DNA from: an uncultured virus (IMG/VR IMGVR_UViG_3300030098_002040) | Lineage: Duplodnaviria; Heunggongvirae; Uroviricota; Caudoviricetes | Virus record (IMG/VR): IMGVR_UViG_3300030098_002040 | Coordinates: 1-64,000 of that record | DNA: 64,000 nucleotides | Reading direction: 5' to 3' (one strand) | Shown here: positions 1-8,235 of the stretch, one piece after another | Position numbering within the stretch: the stretch's first letter is position 1 | Layout of the letters: each line of letters begins with the position of its first letter | The notes under the pieces: generated by a model | Told to the model about the DNA's origin: nothing | The model's input: the letters and a program-made list of their open reading frames with translations, nothing else | The model's database searches: none | Program-made: the position numbers and the translations under genes

Positions 1-399
1 GTATATTACATTATCAAGATTGTATCTACTATACCGTGGCATCCAATTCCATTTAGGAGTATTCCAGAGGGTAGAATATTCCTTGATACATTGACTAGGT
101 AAAGTTAAGGTTGTTATCTTTCTCTTAGGAAGATCATCATGATTACCTGTCATTACTGTAACTTTGGGGAATGCTTTGTACAATAGTTGTACCTGATCCA
201 TAGCTTTCTCAAACTCATCATTAGGTGAGGGAAACTCTGGTAATTTTTCATGGAAACTAATACTTGCCCAGTCAACTACATCCCCAATATGAACAGTTGT
301 ATCTGTATTCCATAGTTGTTTCATATCATTAAGAAAATCTACATACCCTTTTTTCATAGCAGGGCAATGTGTATCTCCAATTACTAAAACTCTAGCCAT
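1..399 (-). CDS. Calcineurin-like metallophosphoesterase (3' end truncated by window edge)
   Basis: Manual translation MARVLVIGDTHCP...HIGDVVD...MTGNHDD shows the DxH, GDxxD and GNHD motifs. Not in the ORF track. Confidence 0.85.
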   Translation of the reverse strand, partial: MARVLVIGDTHCPAMKKGYVDFLNDMKQLWNTDTTVHIGDVVDWASISFHEKLPEFPSPNDEFEKAMDQVQLLYKAFPKVTVMTGNHDDLPKRKITTLTLPSQCIKEYSTLWNTPKWNWMPRYSRYNLDNVIY

Positions 400-565
400 T
401 ATCTTTTCCTTTATTCATACTCTTTAATCTACGCTTCCATTCATCTTTCCATTGCTGAGCAAGAGGTGGAAGGAAAGAGCCATCGGGTTGTTTTATTGGA
501 GCCCATACATTGAACTCTCCTCTGTCATGCATATCTTGGTATTTATTACTATTCATTTTTTTCAT
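392..565 (-). CDS. Small hypothetical protein (57 aa, MKKMNSNKYQDMHDRGEFNVWAP...)
   Basis: Manual translation. GGAGAGG RBS upstream; fills the gap between neighbouring genes. Confidence 0.55.
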   Translation of the reverse strand: MKKMNSNKYQDMHDRGEFNVWAPIKQPDGSFLPPLAQQWKDEWKRRLKSMNKGKDNG

Positions 566-791
566 TATCTTCCTCTCCTAAGACAACAATATTTAATTGA
601 ACATCATCTCTATTTTTGTACAAATTTTTATTATCTAAAGCAATAGTTAAGTTTTGTAAAAAAACATTTGCCATGAAATGATTATAAAATGTTAAATCTA
701 ATATAGCGTTACCTTTATATTTTACCACATTAACAGTTTCTTTGATAGCTAATTCCATATCGCCTTCACTAGCGATTGGGATAATAGTCAT
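549..791 (-). CDS. Hypothetical protein (80 aa)
   Basis: ORF track; ATGA overlap with the upstream gene. Confidence 0.6.
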   Translation of the reverse strand: MTIIPIASEGDMELAIKETVNVVKYKGNAILDLTFYNHFMANVFLQNLTIALDNKNLYKNRDDVQLNIVVLGEEDNEKNE

Positions 792-1060
792 CTAATTTTC
801 TCCATTGATAAGATCATACCCTTTGGAATAGTAGTTACGCCACCACTTTCATTAGGTCCAACAGAATCAGTTAAACTAATCCATTCATCAGTTTCTTTTA
901 ATACAAAGCCTACAGTTTTCATTGTAGGTGGTTGACGGTGAGCCCAGTCGTATGCTTCTTCATGTTCTACCCAATCAGGTCCGCCAGAAGTTTGTGCATC
1001 TTTCCATATAATATATCGAACATCAGGAGAAGAAATAATCTGATTCCAAAACGCTTCCAA
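788..1060 (-). CDS. Small phage protein (IIWKDA...W...TVGFVL...IPKG pattern)
   Basis: Part of ORF 788..1162. Start inferred as TTG at 1060, 9 nt after GGAG, overlapping the RNAP 3' end. Confidence 0.65.
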   Translation of the reverse strand: MEAFWNQIISSPDVRYIIWKDAQTSGGPDWVEHEEAYDWAHRQPPTMKTVGFVLKETDEWISLTDSVGPNESGGVTTIPKGMILSMEKIR

Positions 1061-3467
1061 TCCTAAGTTCTCCGGTTGAGGGGACTGTTGGTAATGTAAT
1101 TCCGTATCTTTCTTCGATCTGCTCTTTGAGTTCTTGGAGGAGGTTAACTTTGTGCATTTCATAAAATTGTTCCTTTGTTACTTTAATTAAGTCATCAATG
1201 AAGGGAGCATGGCAACCGTATGAATCATGTATCATACTGAAAGAAGACATTCCCATATTATACAATACAAACACAGTACAAATCAAGTGGCTTGCATCTA
1301 AAGAATGAATATAATTTGGAGGAATACCTTGCTCTGCTTTCTTAGCATGTAAGTCTCCGGCATCTTCCCAAAATATTAACTCTTTATTATTAAACAATGC
1401 AGCTAAGCTACGTCTCTTTCGTATCTTTGTGTAATGATGAACAACTTTAAATCCACTTGGTACAGTGTATGTTAAGTGTTCTCCCATTGAAGATACTATA
1501 TTAGTAATAGCTCTAAGATATTCTTTACCTCTGTTAGCTGACTCAAGTGCTGTACCAAGTCCGGCTTGAACAGCTCGTGCAAGTTCTACAATAGCACCTG
1601 CTTGTGTTTCATGAGGAACCCAGTCTACATGTCCTTCTAGTTTCATATACTTTTGGATACCATAAAAGGTTAAACCATATGCATCGCACATAGTACTTCG
1701 CTTTGTAATTTTTCGTGACAACTTACCTTGCCAGTACTCTAAAAACTTAGCACACCAAGGATTGGTTTTGTTTTCATTTAAGTAATCAGTACTAGCATCA
1801 GCTACATGTTGATATAAATCTTGAGGAGTTTCACTAGGAACTACATTAACAAGAGAAGCTAGATCATCGTCTTTCATAATAGCTGACCAATGCTGGCTTC
1901 CGTTACATGCCCCATCCATTTGTACAGGAACTTGTGTAAGCCCATCGGTTCTAAAGAAATCAAATATAGCAGCGATCCTTTGGAATGATTTGTTTTTCTT
2001 TACAGAATCATCAATCCATTCTTTATTATTATAAGGATCTTCATTAATTCTTTTTAACATATCTATATTATCATCTACCCATTGAACACGATCATCAAAG
2101 CTTACTTTGTCTACGTCAAACAAGTTAGCAATATGAACCTTTGCCCAATACTTGCCACGCTCTGTTTGTTGTACAGGATTGGCAAACATAATAAGACCTC
2201 TGTCAAAGTCAGAGCCTTGGCAACTAAGTAGTTCGCAGGTTGTATATCCTCTGCCTCTAAAGTCTAAGGTCATAGTATTATAAAAGAAACCCCAACGCAT
2301 AAGTTTATTAGCAAGCTCTAGTCTTACTAACATACGTCCACGCTTTTGTTCTTCTTTAAACCAGTTAGCCCATGCTTCTTCCCGGCGTTGACACCAGACT
2401 GCCTTTTCATTCTTTGTACCCTCTTCAGGGTAACTGTCACTAAATTCAAAGGCATCAAAAGAATATGCTGGAAGATTGCATAGTCTTGTGTTGTTGTGAA
2501 AGAAGTCAGTCATAACTTTCAGTACACGATCATTTATCTTCCACTCTGTTTTTTGCATACCATTGACAGCATCAAGAACCTTTTGACTAGGCTCGGAATG
2601 TTGTTGCTTAAGTATATGCTCTTCGGTAATATAATCAGAGCTGTATCTGTGAACAACTTCTTTACGAACCCAATGGTGTAGGTATCCTCCGCTTCGTTCT
2701 AGTGTATGATCTACAGGCGGTGATACCATAGGTCTGTATAACAATACAGTATTCTCTAAGAACTTATGTTTCTTGTGTAAATCTTTTAATACATTATCAG
2801 AAAAGGTAACGTGTAATCTTTTTCTCCAGTATTTACCGTGAGGTTTATTAACAACGTAAGTCCTGATAACAGTAGAAGCTTCTGCTATTCGTATCATGTG
2901 ATGTCCAAAGTCATCCTTCTGTTTCAAAGTCATCTTTGGAATTTGCATCATCTTCCTAGTAAAAGCAAGGCATCTTTTCTCTGTCCAGTTCTTTATAAAC
3001 TTAGATTGTTTTCTCCAATCGTCTTTAAAGTCTTTCTTAGCTTGCTGATATGATATAATATTTATAGCATCCTTTGATATAGTTCGAGCTATGTGTTGAG
3101 CTAAGGGTGGTGTTCCTTTAATATCGTCTGACATTGTACTAACTGAGTTTAACTTTAACCAATGAGTAATTACACTACGAATAGTAAGGTCTGCCATTTT
3201 AGCTGCACCTAAAGTTAACAAAGGGTATACCCAGTTCGGAGTCTTCTTGTTAGTAGATATTATATCAATCCATTCTTGGTATACTGGAGTTAACAAAGAA
3301 ACCATATTATCCAAGAGTTGTTGCTCAGGGATACCTTCGTCTCCAGCTCTATCATATTCACTCCAATATTTATTATTACCATCATATAGCATCTGCTCCT
3401 CAAGCCCAGACTGAAAAGAAATCCTACGCTCCTGTTCTTCAGGAGAGAGTGTATTCCAACTTATCAT
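1023..3467 (-). CDS. T7-like single-subunit DNA-directed RNA polymerase (RNAP-1, 814 aa)
   Basis: DFRGR, motif A DGACNGSQH, motif B RKITKRSTMCDAYG, PPNYIHSLDASH, motif C IHDSYG, C-terminal SDYFFS; AAGGAG RBS. Confidence 0.97.
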   Translation of the reverse strand: MISWNTLSPEEQERRISFQSGLEEQMLYDGNNKYWSEYDRAGDEGIPEQQLLDNMVSLLTPVYQEWIDIISTNKKTPNWVYPLLTLGAAKMADLTIRSVITHWLKLNSVSTMSDDIKGTPPLAQHIARTISKDAINIISYQQAKKDFKDDWRKQSKFIKNWTEKRCLAFTRKMMQIPKMTLKQKDDFGHHMIRIAEASTVIRTYVVNKPHGKYWRKRLHVTFSDNVLKDLHKKHKFLENTVLLYRPMVSPPVDHTLERSGGYLHHWVRKEVVHRYSSDYITEEHILKQQHSEPSQKVLDAVNGMQKTEWKINDRVLKVMTDFFHNNTRLCNLPAYSFDAFEFSDSYPEEGTKNEKAVWCQRREEAWANWFKEEQKRGRMLVRLELANKLMRWGFFYNTMTLDFRGRGYTTCELLSCQGSDFDRGLIMFANPVQQTERGKYWAKVHIANLFDVDKVSFDDRVQWVDDNIDMLKRINEDPYNNKEWIDDSVKKNKSFQRIAAIFDFFRTDGLTQVPVQMDGACNGSQHWSAIMKDDDLASLVNVVPSETPQDLYQHVADASTDYLNENKTNPWCAKFLEYWQGKLSRKITKRSTMCDAYGLTFYGIQKYMKLEGHVDWVPHETQAGAIVELARAVQAGLGTALESANRGKEYLRAITNIVSSMGEHLTYTVPSGFKVVHHYTKIRKRRSLAALFNNKELIFWEDAGDLHAKKAEQGIPPNYIHSLDASHLICTVFVLYNMGMSSFSMIHDSYGCHAPFIDDLIKVTKEQFYEMHKVNLLQELKEQIEERYGITLPTVPSTGELRIGSVLESDYFFS

Positions 3468-3486
3468 ATATTTCTCCTTATGCGTT

Positions 3487-3514
3487 GGGTCTTCTACCCA
3501 TAACCCAACTATTG
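3487..3514 (-). promoter_or_regulatory. Candidate phage RNAP promoter, copy A (CAATAGTTGGGTTATGGGTAG)
   Basis: Intergenic, just upstream of the RNAP-1 RBS; near-identical copies at 10390-10418 and 27109-27135. Confidence 0.55.
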
Positions 3515-3521
3515 GGAACAG

Positions 3522-3575
3522 TAAAATAAAAGGTGAAGAGACAACAGTTTTACCTGTGCCTCCTCACCTTTATTT
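3522..3575 (-). terminator. Possible intrinsic terminator or processing hairpin after DUF932
   Basis: Minus strand AATAAAGGTGAG...TTCACCTTTTATTTT, an imperfect stem ending in a T-rich tract. Confidence 0.4.
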
Positions 3576-3581
3576 GGGGGA

Positions 3582-4610
3582 TCAAGAATATAATTCAGTA
3601 AACTTTAACGCACTCTGCATAACTTTAGAACTTAAAGTTGCAGCGTTGCCGATCAAGTTGTTGTGGATTCTAGACTCTTGTGTAGTCTGCTTACCACGAT
3701 CACCTTGACGATTCTGAATAAAGTTTGTGACTGCATTCGCAGCAAGCCATCCAGTAGATACATTAAGTTTCATATCAGATTCTTCTATGAATTTATCTTG
3801 CATCTTCATAATGTCTGCACTTGCTTTTATCTTTAGCTTATCTACTTTATCATGATTAGGTTCTTTCTTAGCCAGTTCTTTCTTTATATCTGTATTTATA
3901 ATATTTGTATAAACATTTTCAAAGAACAAACTAATTCTTTTGCTATCCCAATCTTTAGCAGTAGCCATAAACTCTACCTTTTCTCTAAAGATTTTACCGG
4001 TTTGCTTAAACGATTTGATAGCAGTTACCATTTGATCGTATACATCTTCGATAGTATTACCTCGATGACGCAAGCTAATCTTGGATACCTTGCCACTTAG
4101 GGCAGCATCTAAAGTGTTTTTGCAACACACACGGACGCTAGTATCTGTACCAATAGTACCCATAGAACCATCCTTGCCATCAAACAATGCAAAGTATGGT
4201 TGTATCTCATCATTGCCCACGGCAAATGAACTTGTTTTCAGTAGAAGATATACTTTTCTTCCACCTTGTAATGATCCCGCAGTTTCTACACGAGCAGTAT
4301 GCCCTGCTGCTTTGACTGCGATATCAAATAAATCTCTGTTTTGTACCGGACGATAGTCTTTACTTACTACACCCAACACTTCGCCAGTATCGCTTCGGAT
4401 ATTGGCAACATAATTATCTACAATAAATTGTTGTGCATCTAATGTGGAAGCTGTTAAGTAATCACTTTGTATTACTTCCCAATCCAAACCACTATGAGTT
4501 AGTGCTTCTGGTATTGTGGGATAGTGATCTATAACAGTACCAAGACCATGCCATGCTTCTTTCTTAGAATACATAGCTGTATCAGTATCATGAATTTCGT
4601 GCATTAACAT
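3582..4610 (-). CDS. DUF932 / TIGR03299-like phage-plasmid protein
   Basis: AWHGLG, LDWEV, VLGVVSKDYRPVQN, ETAGSLQGGRKVY and RVCCKNTL are typical of this family. Confidence 0.85.
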   Translation of the reverse strand: MLMHEIHDTDTAMYSKKEAWHGLGTVIDHYPTIPEALTHSGLDWEVIQSDYLTASTLDAQQFIVDNYVANIRSDTGEVLGVVSKDYRPVQNRDLFDIAVKAAGHTARVETAGSLQGGRKVYLLLKTSSFAVGNDEIQPYFALFDGKDGSMGTIGTDTSVRVCCKNTLDAALSGKVSKISLRHRGNTIEDVYDQMVTAIKSFKQTGKIFREKVEFMATAKDWDSKRISLFFENVYTNIINTDIKKELAKKEPNHDKVDKLKIKASADIMKMQDKFIEESDMKLNVSTGWLAANAVTNFIQNRQGDRGKQTTQESRIHNNLIGNAATLSSKVMQSALKFTELYS

Positions 4611-4827
4611 ACTCCTCTAGTAATTCAATTGATCTATCCGAAAGATCGTATACACAACAATCTTTTTGAATAGATGCATATAAACTTGTAGCGATAACAT
4701 TTAATGGAAACCATTCTTCTTGATCAAGAACCCAAGGTTCAGTTTCACCCCAGATACCATATTGATCAATAACTTTATCGCTTCTCAACGATATAGCTAG
4801 ATTATCTCCAATATTTTTCACGCTCAA
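4588..4827 (-). CDS. Hypothetical protein (79 aa)
   Basis: ORF track; overlaps neighbouring genes in operon fashion. Confidence 0.5.
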   Translation of the reverse strand: MSVKNIGDNLAISLRSDKVIDQYGIWGETEPWVLDQEEWFPLNVIATSLYASIQKDCCVYDLSDRSIELLEEYVNARNS

Positions 4828-4960
4828 TCCTTTCCAGTTCTTGACGAACAGTTTCTTTACTCTCTACAACTATTTTATGAATCATAGATTGCTCAAGTCG
4901 TATGAGCTTATCATTCATTTCTCTTCTTAGTTCTCTTATCATTTCTAAGTCACTCGACAT
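4802..4960 (-). CDS. Small coiled-coil hypothetical protein (52 aa, MSSDLEMIRELRREM...)
   Basis: Manual translation; GAGGAGG RBS upstream. Confidence 0.55.
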   Translation of the reverse strand: MSSDLEMIRELRREMNDKLIRLEQSMIHKIVVESKETVRQELERIEREKYWR

Positions 4961-5075
4961 CAAGCTCTACCTCCTCAAGTTCTAGCATAAGATCTTCATT
5001 TATAAATTCTTCGCATTGAACTTCGCATAGGAAATCATCTAGCTTAAAGCCATCAACAACTTTAACAGTACGCAT
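4950..5075 (-). CDS. Small acidic hypothetical protein (41 aa, MRTVKVVDGFKLDDFLCEVQCEEF...)
   Basis: Manual translation; GGAGG RBS upstream. Confidence 0.5.
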   Translation of the reverse strand: MRTVKVVDGFKLDDFLCEVQCEEFINEDLMLELEEVELDVE

Positions 5076-5280
5076 TGTACATCCTCCAAATAAGTAAACC
5101 GATACCGCATATTATACCACAACGAATGGCACAACGCAACNNNNNNNNNNCGTTTAGTTTAATTCTTTCTTTTAATATTCTATGCTCAGTCATAAGCATA
5201 CATAAGAAAGAACTAGCCTCTAACTCATCGTATTCTGGCAAGTCAATAATAACTTGGTATTTTGTTTTTCCTTTAACCAT
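5062..5280 (-). CDS. Hypothetical protein spanning an assembly gap (may be two genes)
   Basis: ORF track; interrupted by Ns. Confidence 0.35.
   Translation of the reverse strand: MVKGKTKYQVIIDLPEYDELEASSFLCMLMTEHRILKERIKLNXXXXLRCAIRCGIICGIGLLIWRMYNAYC
5141..5150. other. Assembly gap (10 N)
   Basis: Run of N in the sequence. Confidence 1.
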
Positions 5281-5570
5281 TAGTCATCAATTCCTTTCAA
5301 CATTAACTTGGTGAATTTTTTTGCAAGCCTATCCTCAAGAGTGGGATCTTCTTCTATTTGTCCTAGATTAAAGGTATCTATTGTTTTCTTTAACCTAAGA
5401 GTTTCCTGAGTTTCATCTACTAAATAAGCATCTCTTACATCGTACAACACGCCTTCGCCGTGTTCCCAATGTTCAATAGCTTCTTCTAGATTTTCAGCAG
5501 ATACCTCAAACTCATAGTATCTTTTCATAGTTACATCTCTTTCTGCAAAGATAGTAAATTTTTTACTCAC
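5280..5570 (-). CDS. Small acidic protein, DpnD/PcfM-like pattern
   Basis: MSKKFTIF...FEVSAENLEEAIE; AAGGAG RBS, GTG start. Confidence 0.6.
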   Translation of the reverse strand: MSKKFTIFAERDVTMKRYYEFEVSAENLEEAIEHWEHGEGVLYDVRDAYLVDETQETLRLKKTIDTFNLGQIEEDPTLEDRLAKKFTKLMLKGIDD

Positions 5571-5736
5571 TAGATATCTCCTTTATTTCTAAGATTTCAT
5601 CGTCTTCACGAGTGTGTTCATAATCTTTTGAAACCATCCCGCCTCTTAGGATTTTTTCTTCAGCGTCAGATTTATTTTCAGCCTCTACAGTTCCAAAAAC
5701 ATTGTATGTTTCTCTTAGTATTACCTTATACTTCAT
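5563..5736 (-). CDS. Small acidic protein, DpnD/PcfM-like pattern (57 aa)
   Basis: Manual translation MKYKVILRETYNVFGTVEAENKSDAEEKI...; GGAGG RBS. Confidence 0.6.
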   Translation of the reverse strand: MKYKVILRETYNVFGTVEAENKSDAEEKILRGGMVSKDYEHTREDDEILEIKEISSE

Positions 5737-5914
5737 CGGACACCTCCTCTAAATCACTAAGTTCAAACCTTTCAGCAATGTAAGAAAAATCATAATCAAG
5801 CTTAGGTTTGAACAGTTTAACAGTATAATCGTCATTAAGTAATTCGTTGCCATCATCATCCATTAAATACAAGTGAATATCACACACATGAACATTTTTG
5901 AATTCTTTACTCAT
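5726..5914 (-). CDS. Small acidic hypothetical protein (62 aa)
   Basis: ORF track; GGAGG RBS. Confidence 0.6.
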   Translation of the reverse strand: MSKEFKNVHVCDIHLYLMDDDGNELLNDDYTVKLFKPKLDYDFSYIAERFELSDLEEVSDEV

Positions 5915-6215
5915 TAGTATAATCCTCCCCTTTCATTGTGTAGTCACGTTCTTGTTTATCAATTTCTTTATCAATTTCTTTATCAAGTTCATCCCACTTT
6001 TTTGGTGGTTCAATTCTACTATCAATGATCTCATAATCAAGCACCTCATAATCGTATCTAGGAGGTGTCTGCCACTTAGTCCATTCATAATTATAAGGAT
6101 CTTCATCAAACAATCTAAGTGCTTCTTTATGTGATTCTGCTTCAATAGAAACATCAGCGTATTCAACAACACTTGATAAAACCTTCATTTCTAATACATA
6201 TATTTTTTTACTCAT
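5907..6215 (-). CDS. Small acidic protein, DpnD/PcfM-like pattern
   Basis: MSKKIYVLEM...VSIEAESHKEALRL; start moved to MSKK (GAGGAG RBS). Confidence 0.6.
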   Translation of the reverse strand: MSKKIYVLEMKVLSSVVEYADVSIEAESHKEALRLFDEDPYNYEWTKWQTPPRYDYEVLDYEIIDSRIEPPKKWDELDKEIDKEIDKQERDYTMKGEDYTNE

Positions 6216-6573
6216 CGAGCCACTCCTCTCCATCATCAGGATTGTTCATAGCTTGTGTTACCAAAGCATCTTCAATTTCAGGGTATGATTCTAAGAATGC
6301 ATCAGATTCTTCTGCATTTAATTCAAATTCTTTATAGATTACTCCATTAGCTCCCATAATAATACAAAGAGAAACTAAACCAGTTGTATGTATTTCCCAA
6401 TGCGAGTCCCCATATTCTTTATCATATGGTTCGTATTCTAAAACAGAACCCTCGACATTAACATATATTTTTAATCCATTTGGATTCAATTGATCTATAC
6501 CTAAGCTTGTATCAGAAAATTCGTATTCATAATTCGTTAGCCCTACTTCGTGTAGGTATTTAGATTTAAACAT
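6208..6573 (-). CDS. Acidic hypothetical protein (121 aa), first gene after the sigma70 promoter
   Basis: ORF track; GGAGG RBS. Confidence 0.7.
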   Translation of the reverse strand: MFKSKYLHEVGLTNYEYEFSDTSLGIDQLNPNGLKIYVNVEGSVLEYEPYDKEYGDSHWEIHTTGLVSLCIIMGANGVIYKEFELNAEESDAFLESYPEIEDALVTQAMNNPDDGEEWLDE

Positions 6574-6593
6574 TAGTATATCCCTCCATATAT

Positions 6594-6622
6594 ATTATAC
6601 CATAAAAAGATTAGAATGTCAA
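6594..6622 (-). promoter_or_regulatory. Consensus sigma70-type promoter
   Basis: TTGACA-17 nt-TATAAT with extended -10 TG, immediately upstream of the RBS of 6208..6573. Confidence 0.9.
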
Positions 6623-6623
6623 C

Positions 6624-6747
6624 AAAAATAGGAGAGGTACTAGGCGACTTGGATCTGCTTAACTTATTTTTCAAAGTCAAAGCCTAGTAAAATTAAGTAC
6701 TTGTTTCTGATCCTAAGTTCTTGAGATAAAAACCAGTACCTCTCCCT
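6624..6747 (-). ncRNA. Candidate structured RNA or long terminator-like element
   Basis: Nested stems GGAGAGGUACUGG/CUAGUACCUCUCC, ACUUAGGAUC/GAUCCAAGU and CUUAAUUU/AAGUUAAG, followed by AUUUUUG. The G-U pairs form on the minus strand. Confidence 0.45.
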
Positions 6748-6776
6748 AACCAGTAGCTGGTTGCAACCCGGTTAAC

Positions 6777-7049
6777 CTAGGAATTATGCAACCGTGACTG
6801 TAGTTCTTGCTCTGCTCGTTCCTTCGTTTCAGGTCGAGCATGTTCCATGTTCAAGATATTCTGTAGCTGTCCTTCGTCCAGCTTACTGTAATCTTTGGTA
6901 GTAACCTCATCCAGAGTGAGTCCACGCTCCTCCAATACCGTCATGGCATTTAGCCCAGCTTCGCCGGACTTTGGATTCTTGGCGATGCCACGGAGAACAA
7001 TGTCTCGGTAGCCCTTAAATTTATTCAATTGTTTCTCTAGTCTAGTCAT
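6777..7049 (-). CDS. Hypothetical protein (90 aa)
   Basis: ORF track; GAGGAGG RBS, ATGA overlap. Confidence 0.7.
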   Translation of the reverse strand: MTRLEKQLNKFKGYRDIVLRGIAKNPKSGEAGLNAMTVLEERGLTLDEVTTKDYSKLDEGQLQNILNMEHARPETKERAEQELQSRLHNS

Positions 7050-7315
7050 ACGAGTTCCTCCTCCATTTCTTGGATAGCTTCTGGTAACCAGTGGAACTTG
7101 TTACGATAGCTCTCTGGTCTTGTTTCTTCAAACGAGTTAACGATGGATATCGCAGCCTTCGGCTCGTCAACGAGCAGATGGTTTTTGATATAACTAACGG
7201 CTTCGCCAATGCAGTTAAAGACATCATCAGGACAGTCGAGTCCATAGCAGCCTTCTATATCTGAGTACACAGCGATAGCATATGGGTTTTGGATATCTAT
7301 GATAATACGATTCAT
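7046..7315 (-). CDS. Hypothetical protein (89 aa)
   Basis: ORF track; AAGGAGG RBS. Confidence 0.7.
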   Translation of the reverse strand: MNRIIIDIQNPYAIAVYSDIEGCYGLDCPDDVFNCIGEAVSYIKNHLLVDEPKAAISIVNSFEETRPESYRNKFHWLPEAIQEMEEELV

Positions 7316-7369
7316 GATTGATCCTCCTTAGATCTTATTAGGGTTTATAAAATGATTTTTCAATCAACT

Positions 7370-7680
7370 AGCCGATCACAAGGAGCTGACATTGGTTTTC
7401 CATTGATGGTTGGGTTCCCAACAGCTCCGTTGGTCGGCTTTGGGCAAATGTGAGAAAAAAGCAGGTGTCCCCATAAACACGGGGTTCCCCGCTAGGGGGG
7501 CTAGAATAGCCGGAGAGCGAAGCGTTCCGCAGACGTTCCGAAGGGTCGTTCCGACCGGCGAAGCCGTTACACGAAGAATGAGGGTTGCCGAAGGCATTCC
7601 CCGCAGCCCGAAGGGAAGCATGCACACCGAAAGGTGAGGACGAAGGACTTCCCGAAGGGAGAGATGACTATATTATATAG
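7370..7680 (+). repeat. GC-rich non-coding region with an array of GAA-loop DNA mini-hairpins
   Basis: GGCTA-GAA-TAGCC, GC-GAA-GC, CC-GAA-GG, CGGC-GAA-GCCG, TGCC-GAA-GGCA, CCC-GAA-GGG, CACC-GAAA-GGTG and TCCC-GAA-GGGA, plus a branched stem at 7370-7439. Confidence 0.8.
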
Positions 7681-7687
7681 CCATTAA

Positions 7688-8137
7688 TTACGCCCGTTGA
7701 TAACGAGCGTCACCACAAACTCCATTACGGAACTTCATGGTTCGGGAACGACAGTGAGCTTTGTTGAAGTCTCTCCAGAAATACGAGACAGTATCTGAAA
7801 AGTTTAGACCTTCTACCTCAAGATAGTGACTGTCGATAATATCCTCGTTAAAGATTTCATCATACCAGCACAACATACGGTAGTTGCCATTGTCCAACAA
7901 AGTCCAATAGATAGCATCAGTCTCAAAATACCGAAGACCGTCACTAACAGCATGGAAGGTGTATCCACGCCCTTGACATTCTTTAATATATCTTTTTAAT
8001 TCACCAAGGCGAACAGTAAACTCAGGCTTGCCATAGGCAAAGACCTTTGCTGTGTCTGCTCTGTTGGTAAAATGAATAGAGACCATGCCACGGCTCCCCT
8101 TGCGGAGAACCACATTCTTAAAGCTTTGCTTACGCAT
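7688..8137 (-). CDS. Hypothetical protein (149 aa)
   Basis: ORF 7688..8224; start moved to MRKQSF because of an AAGGAG RBS. Confidence 0.7.
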   Translation of the reverse strand: MRKQSFKNVVLRKGSRGMVSIHFTNRADTAKVFAYGKPEFTVRLGELKRYIKECQGRGYTFHAVSDGLRYFETDAIYWTLLDNGNYRMLCWYDEIFNEDIIDSHYLEVEGLNFSDTVSYFWRDFNKAHCRSRTMKFRNGVCGDARYQRA

Positions 8138-8235
8138 AACTTTCTCCTTTGTCCGTAGACAAGAAACTAGGAAACCTACAGACGTTCTGTAGGGAAAAAC
8201 TCTTGTCCCTCGGTAGAGGAACAAGAGCGATGGTA

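Noticed and set aside
5955..5990. 12-bp tandem repeat (TTTATCAATTTC-like, about three copies)
   Set aside because: Encodes a DKEI peptide repeat inside a CDS; no sign of a separate function.
7368..7637. Three overlapping 75-85 aa ORFs across the hairpin array
   Set aside because: No convincing RBS and atypical composition. Open frames are expected in a GC-rich palindromic stretch.
7487..7662. CRISPR array or tRNA cluster
   Set aside because: No constant-length repeats with spacers and no cloverleaf or T-loop consensus. Only the loop word recurs.
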